Positions 62,278-64,000 of a stretch of 64,000 nucleotides of DNA are shown piece after piece. Position 1 is the first letter of the stretch. Each line of letters starts with the position of its first letter. Source of the DNA: Clostridia bacterium (GTDB taxonomy: Bacteria; Bacillota; Clostridia; Christensenellales; UBA3700); NCBI GenBank assembly GCA_029061605.1, contig JAIDRT010000045.1, forward strand, positions 808 through 64,807, written 5' to 3'. The notes beneath the pieces were generated by a model. It made no database searches and had not been told where the DNA came from. It was given only the letters and a program-made list of their open reading frames with translations. The translations under genes were made by a program, and so were the position numbers.

Positions 62278-63345
62278 GTGTAGTAATTGTTGATAGGTAT
62301 ATTACTGTGAAATAATATATAGGGGAGATCGACAATGACTAATAAAGCAATAAAGGTTGTCAATTGGCTTAACGTGGCGCTATCCGTCGCAGCCTTAATA
62401 TTGGAATGTATGCCAAAGAGTGTAAAATATTGTTTATGCTCTGTCGATGGTAATATAATTAAATACAGTTCATTTTTTGGTAATCCATTGAGCGGATTTT
62501 TTATATCTGACGTCATTGTAGCAATTACAATTTTGAATTTGATATTTAGTGTTTTTTTTATAATTAAAAACAAATTATCAATAAAAATAATAAATATTGT
62601 GTTAACGCTGTTGGGCTTAGCGGCGTGCGTACGCCTTTTGGTTGGAGGCGGTGTTTATGTCACGGTATATGAGATTATCGTGTCAATATTATTTTATATT
62701 ATGTCGTTTATAAATTTTAATATATTTGAAACAAGAAATAAAAAAATTATTATATTAAATTTAATAACTATGCTAGTTATTATTCTTACATTTATATTGC
62801 AACTTATCCCTTGGAGTTTGAGAATAGTGCAAAAGCTTAACTATAGCGCATTGGTAACATTTGAAGATGTTGAGCATTCTTACTTTATATATCAAAAAAA
62901 TTGGATATCCTTAATGGGATTTATAATAGCGATACTCACGTTTTGCATATTGTTATTTAATTTTATTACATTTTCTAAAGATAAAAAAGGACTTTGCGTA
63001 ACTCAGTTAGTAATGTCTTCAGTTTGCGTATTGTGTAGTATAATTATTTTAATTATGGTGGGTAGCAGTCTCACTGCTTACAATATAATTATAATGTTAT
63101 TGTTTATTGTCCCAATAATCACTCAAAGCATAAAACTAAAGACTGTCTATAATTCTATGGATAAATCATAATCAAGCGATACAAATTTAATTTAAAAGTG
63201 TAGTAATTGTCGATAGGTATATTACTGTGAAATAATATATAGGGGAGATCGACAATGACTAATAAAACAATAAAGGCTGTCAATTGGCTTAACGTGGCGT
63301 TATCCGTCGCGGTCTTAATATTAGAATGTATGCCCAAAAGTGTAA
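62278..63345 (+). repeat. 148-nt direct repeat (62278-62425 and 63198-63345)
   Basis: 9 mismatches in 148 nt by manual alignment; covers the upstream region, SD and first ~30 codons of two paralogs. Confidence 0.9.
62335..63171 (+). CDS. AT-rich polytopic membrane protein with an internal two-fold repeat
   Basis: About 8 hydrophobic segments; LECMPKSV and LQLIPWSL, VYEII and AYNII repeat between the halves. Confidence 0.7.
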   Translation: MTNKAIKVVNWLNVALSVAALILECMPKSVKYCLCSVDGNIIKYSSFFGNPLSGFFISDVIVAITILNLIFSVFFIIKNKLSIKIINIVLTLLGLAACVRLLVGGGVYVTVYEIIVSILFYIMSFINFNIFETRNKKIIILNLITMLVIILTFILQLIPWSLRIVQKLNYSALVTFEDVEHSYFIYQKNWISLMGFIIAILTFCILLFNFITFSKDKKGLCVTQLVMSSVCVLCSIIILIMVGSSLTAYNIIIMLLFIVPIITQSIKLKTVYNSMDKS

Positions 63346-63677
63346 TAACCGCTTGTGCGATCGGTCCCGGAGAATAAGGACCATTGCATTATTGGTCGTA
63401 TTTTGGTAATCCTCTTAATCCGGTGTATTTTGTGACTTTTAGTATTGCCTTGTTTACAATTATCAACTTAGTTCTAAATATTATTATGTTATTCAAAGAC
63501 AAAAAGGCAATACGATTGGTATCTTTTGTTATGCTATTTATTGCAACGGCGCTGAGTTGTTTGATTATTCCGTCAAAGTTTGTTTCTGCTTATAATATTA
63601 TAATATTGATTATATTTATATTGCAAGTAGTAGGGCAAATAATAATATTGGGAATAACAGAACGTATAGAAAAATAA
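63255..63677 (+). pseudogene. Single-module paralog of 62335-63171 interrupted by an in-frame TAA at 63375-63377
   Basis: ATG 63255, 40 codons, TAA, then the same frame continues (YWSYFGNPL...) to 63677. Confidence 0.8.
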
Positions 63678-63751
63678 AAAAGGATATTTTGCGACAAATA
63701 ATATGCTAAATTTGCGCGTTTAAAAAATTTTTAAAAAGTTTGAAAAATTTG

Positions 63752-63780
63752 TTGACAACCTAATTCTTTAATGATATTAT
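63752..63780 (+). promoter_or_regulatory. Sigma-A promoter of the tRNA pair
   Basis: TTGACA-17 nt-TATTAT with TG extension and A/T UP tracts. Confidence 0.8.
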
Positions 63781-63822
63781 ATAAAGGCTGTCGACGACAG
63801 TACGAGAAAATAACTCATTCGT

Positions 63823-63899
63823 GGGGGATTAGCTCAGTTGGCTAGAGCGCCTGCCTTGCAAGCAGGAGGTCAAGAGTTCGACTCTCTTATTCTCCACCA
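63823..63899 (+). tRNA. tRNA-Ala(TGC)
   Basis: G3-U70 acceptor pair, CCTGC-CTTGCAA-GCAGG anticodon arm, TTCGA, CCA. Confidence 0.97.
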
Positions 63900-63904
63900 C
63901 TAAT

Positions 63905-63981
63905 GGGCTCATAGCTCAGCTGGTTAGAGCACACGCCTGATAAGCGTGAGGTCGGTGGTTCGAGTCCACTTGAGCCCACCA
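63905..63981 (+). tRNA. tRNA-Ile(GAT)
   Basis: CACGC-CTGATAA-GCGTG anticodon arm, TTCGA, CCA. Confidence 0.97.
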
Positions 63982-64000
63982 ACTTTCGGTCTAACCGAAA

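Noticed and set aside
63375-63377. Stop-codon reassignment or read-through to explain the in-frame TAA
   Set aside because: TAA is the ordinary stop of many genes in the window, and core genes show no internal stops.

Overview
Mostly core-genome window from a low-GC Bacillota/Clostridia-type bacterium, probably gut-associated (inferred from gene content). It opens with the right end of an AT-rich island (DUF3883 nuclease gene, then a tRNA-Ser-like 3' remnant/att site) and tRNA-Gly(CCC). Next come a fucose/rhamnose-type catabolic operon, upp-uraA, rsmI, a TetR/GH110/flavin-oxidoreductase/DNA-glycosylase cluster, fhs-glnS-asnA-rsmF, and a sialidase-nanEKA cluster. The second half holds trmB, ispDF, rqcP, a stand-alone rpoBC running straight into a SAM-I riboswitch and metK, recD2, addBA, corA, a duplicated AT-rich membrane-protein pair and tRNA-Ala/Ile. 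Two signals stand out. (1) Two ~189-nt intergenic elements (3046-3233 minus, 12018-12206 plus) share a three-way-junction long-hairpin fold and three conserved motifs but have almost wholly different, compensated stems: a candidate unannotated structured RNA/ssDNA family. (2) By eye, CATG appears to be absent from the whole window, and AGCT and GGCC are strongly depleted. All calls were made by eye; no searches or counts were run.
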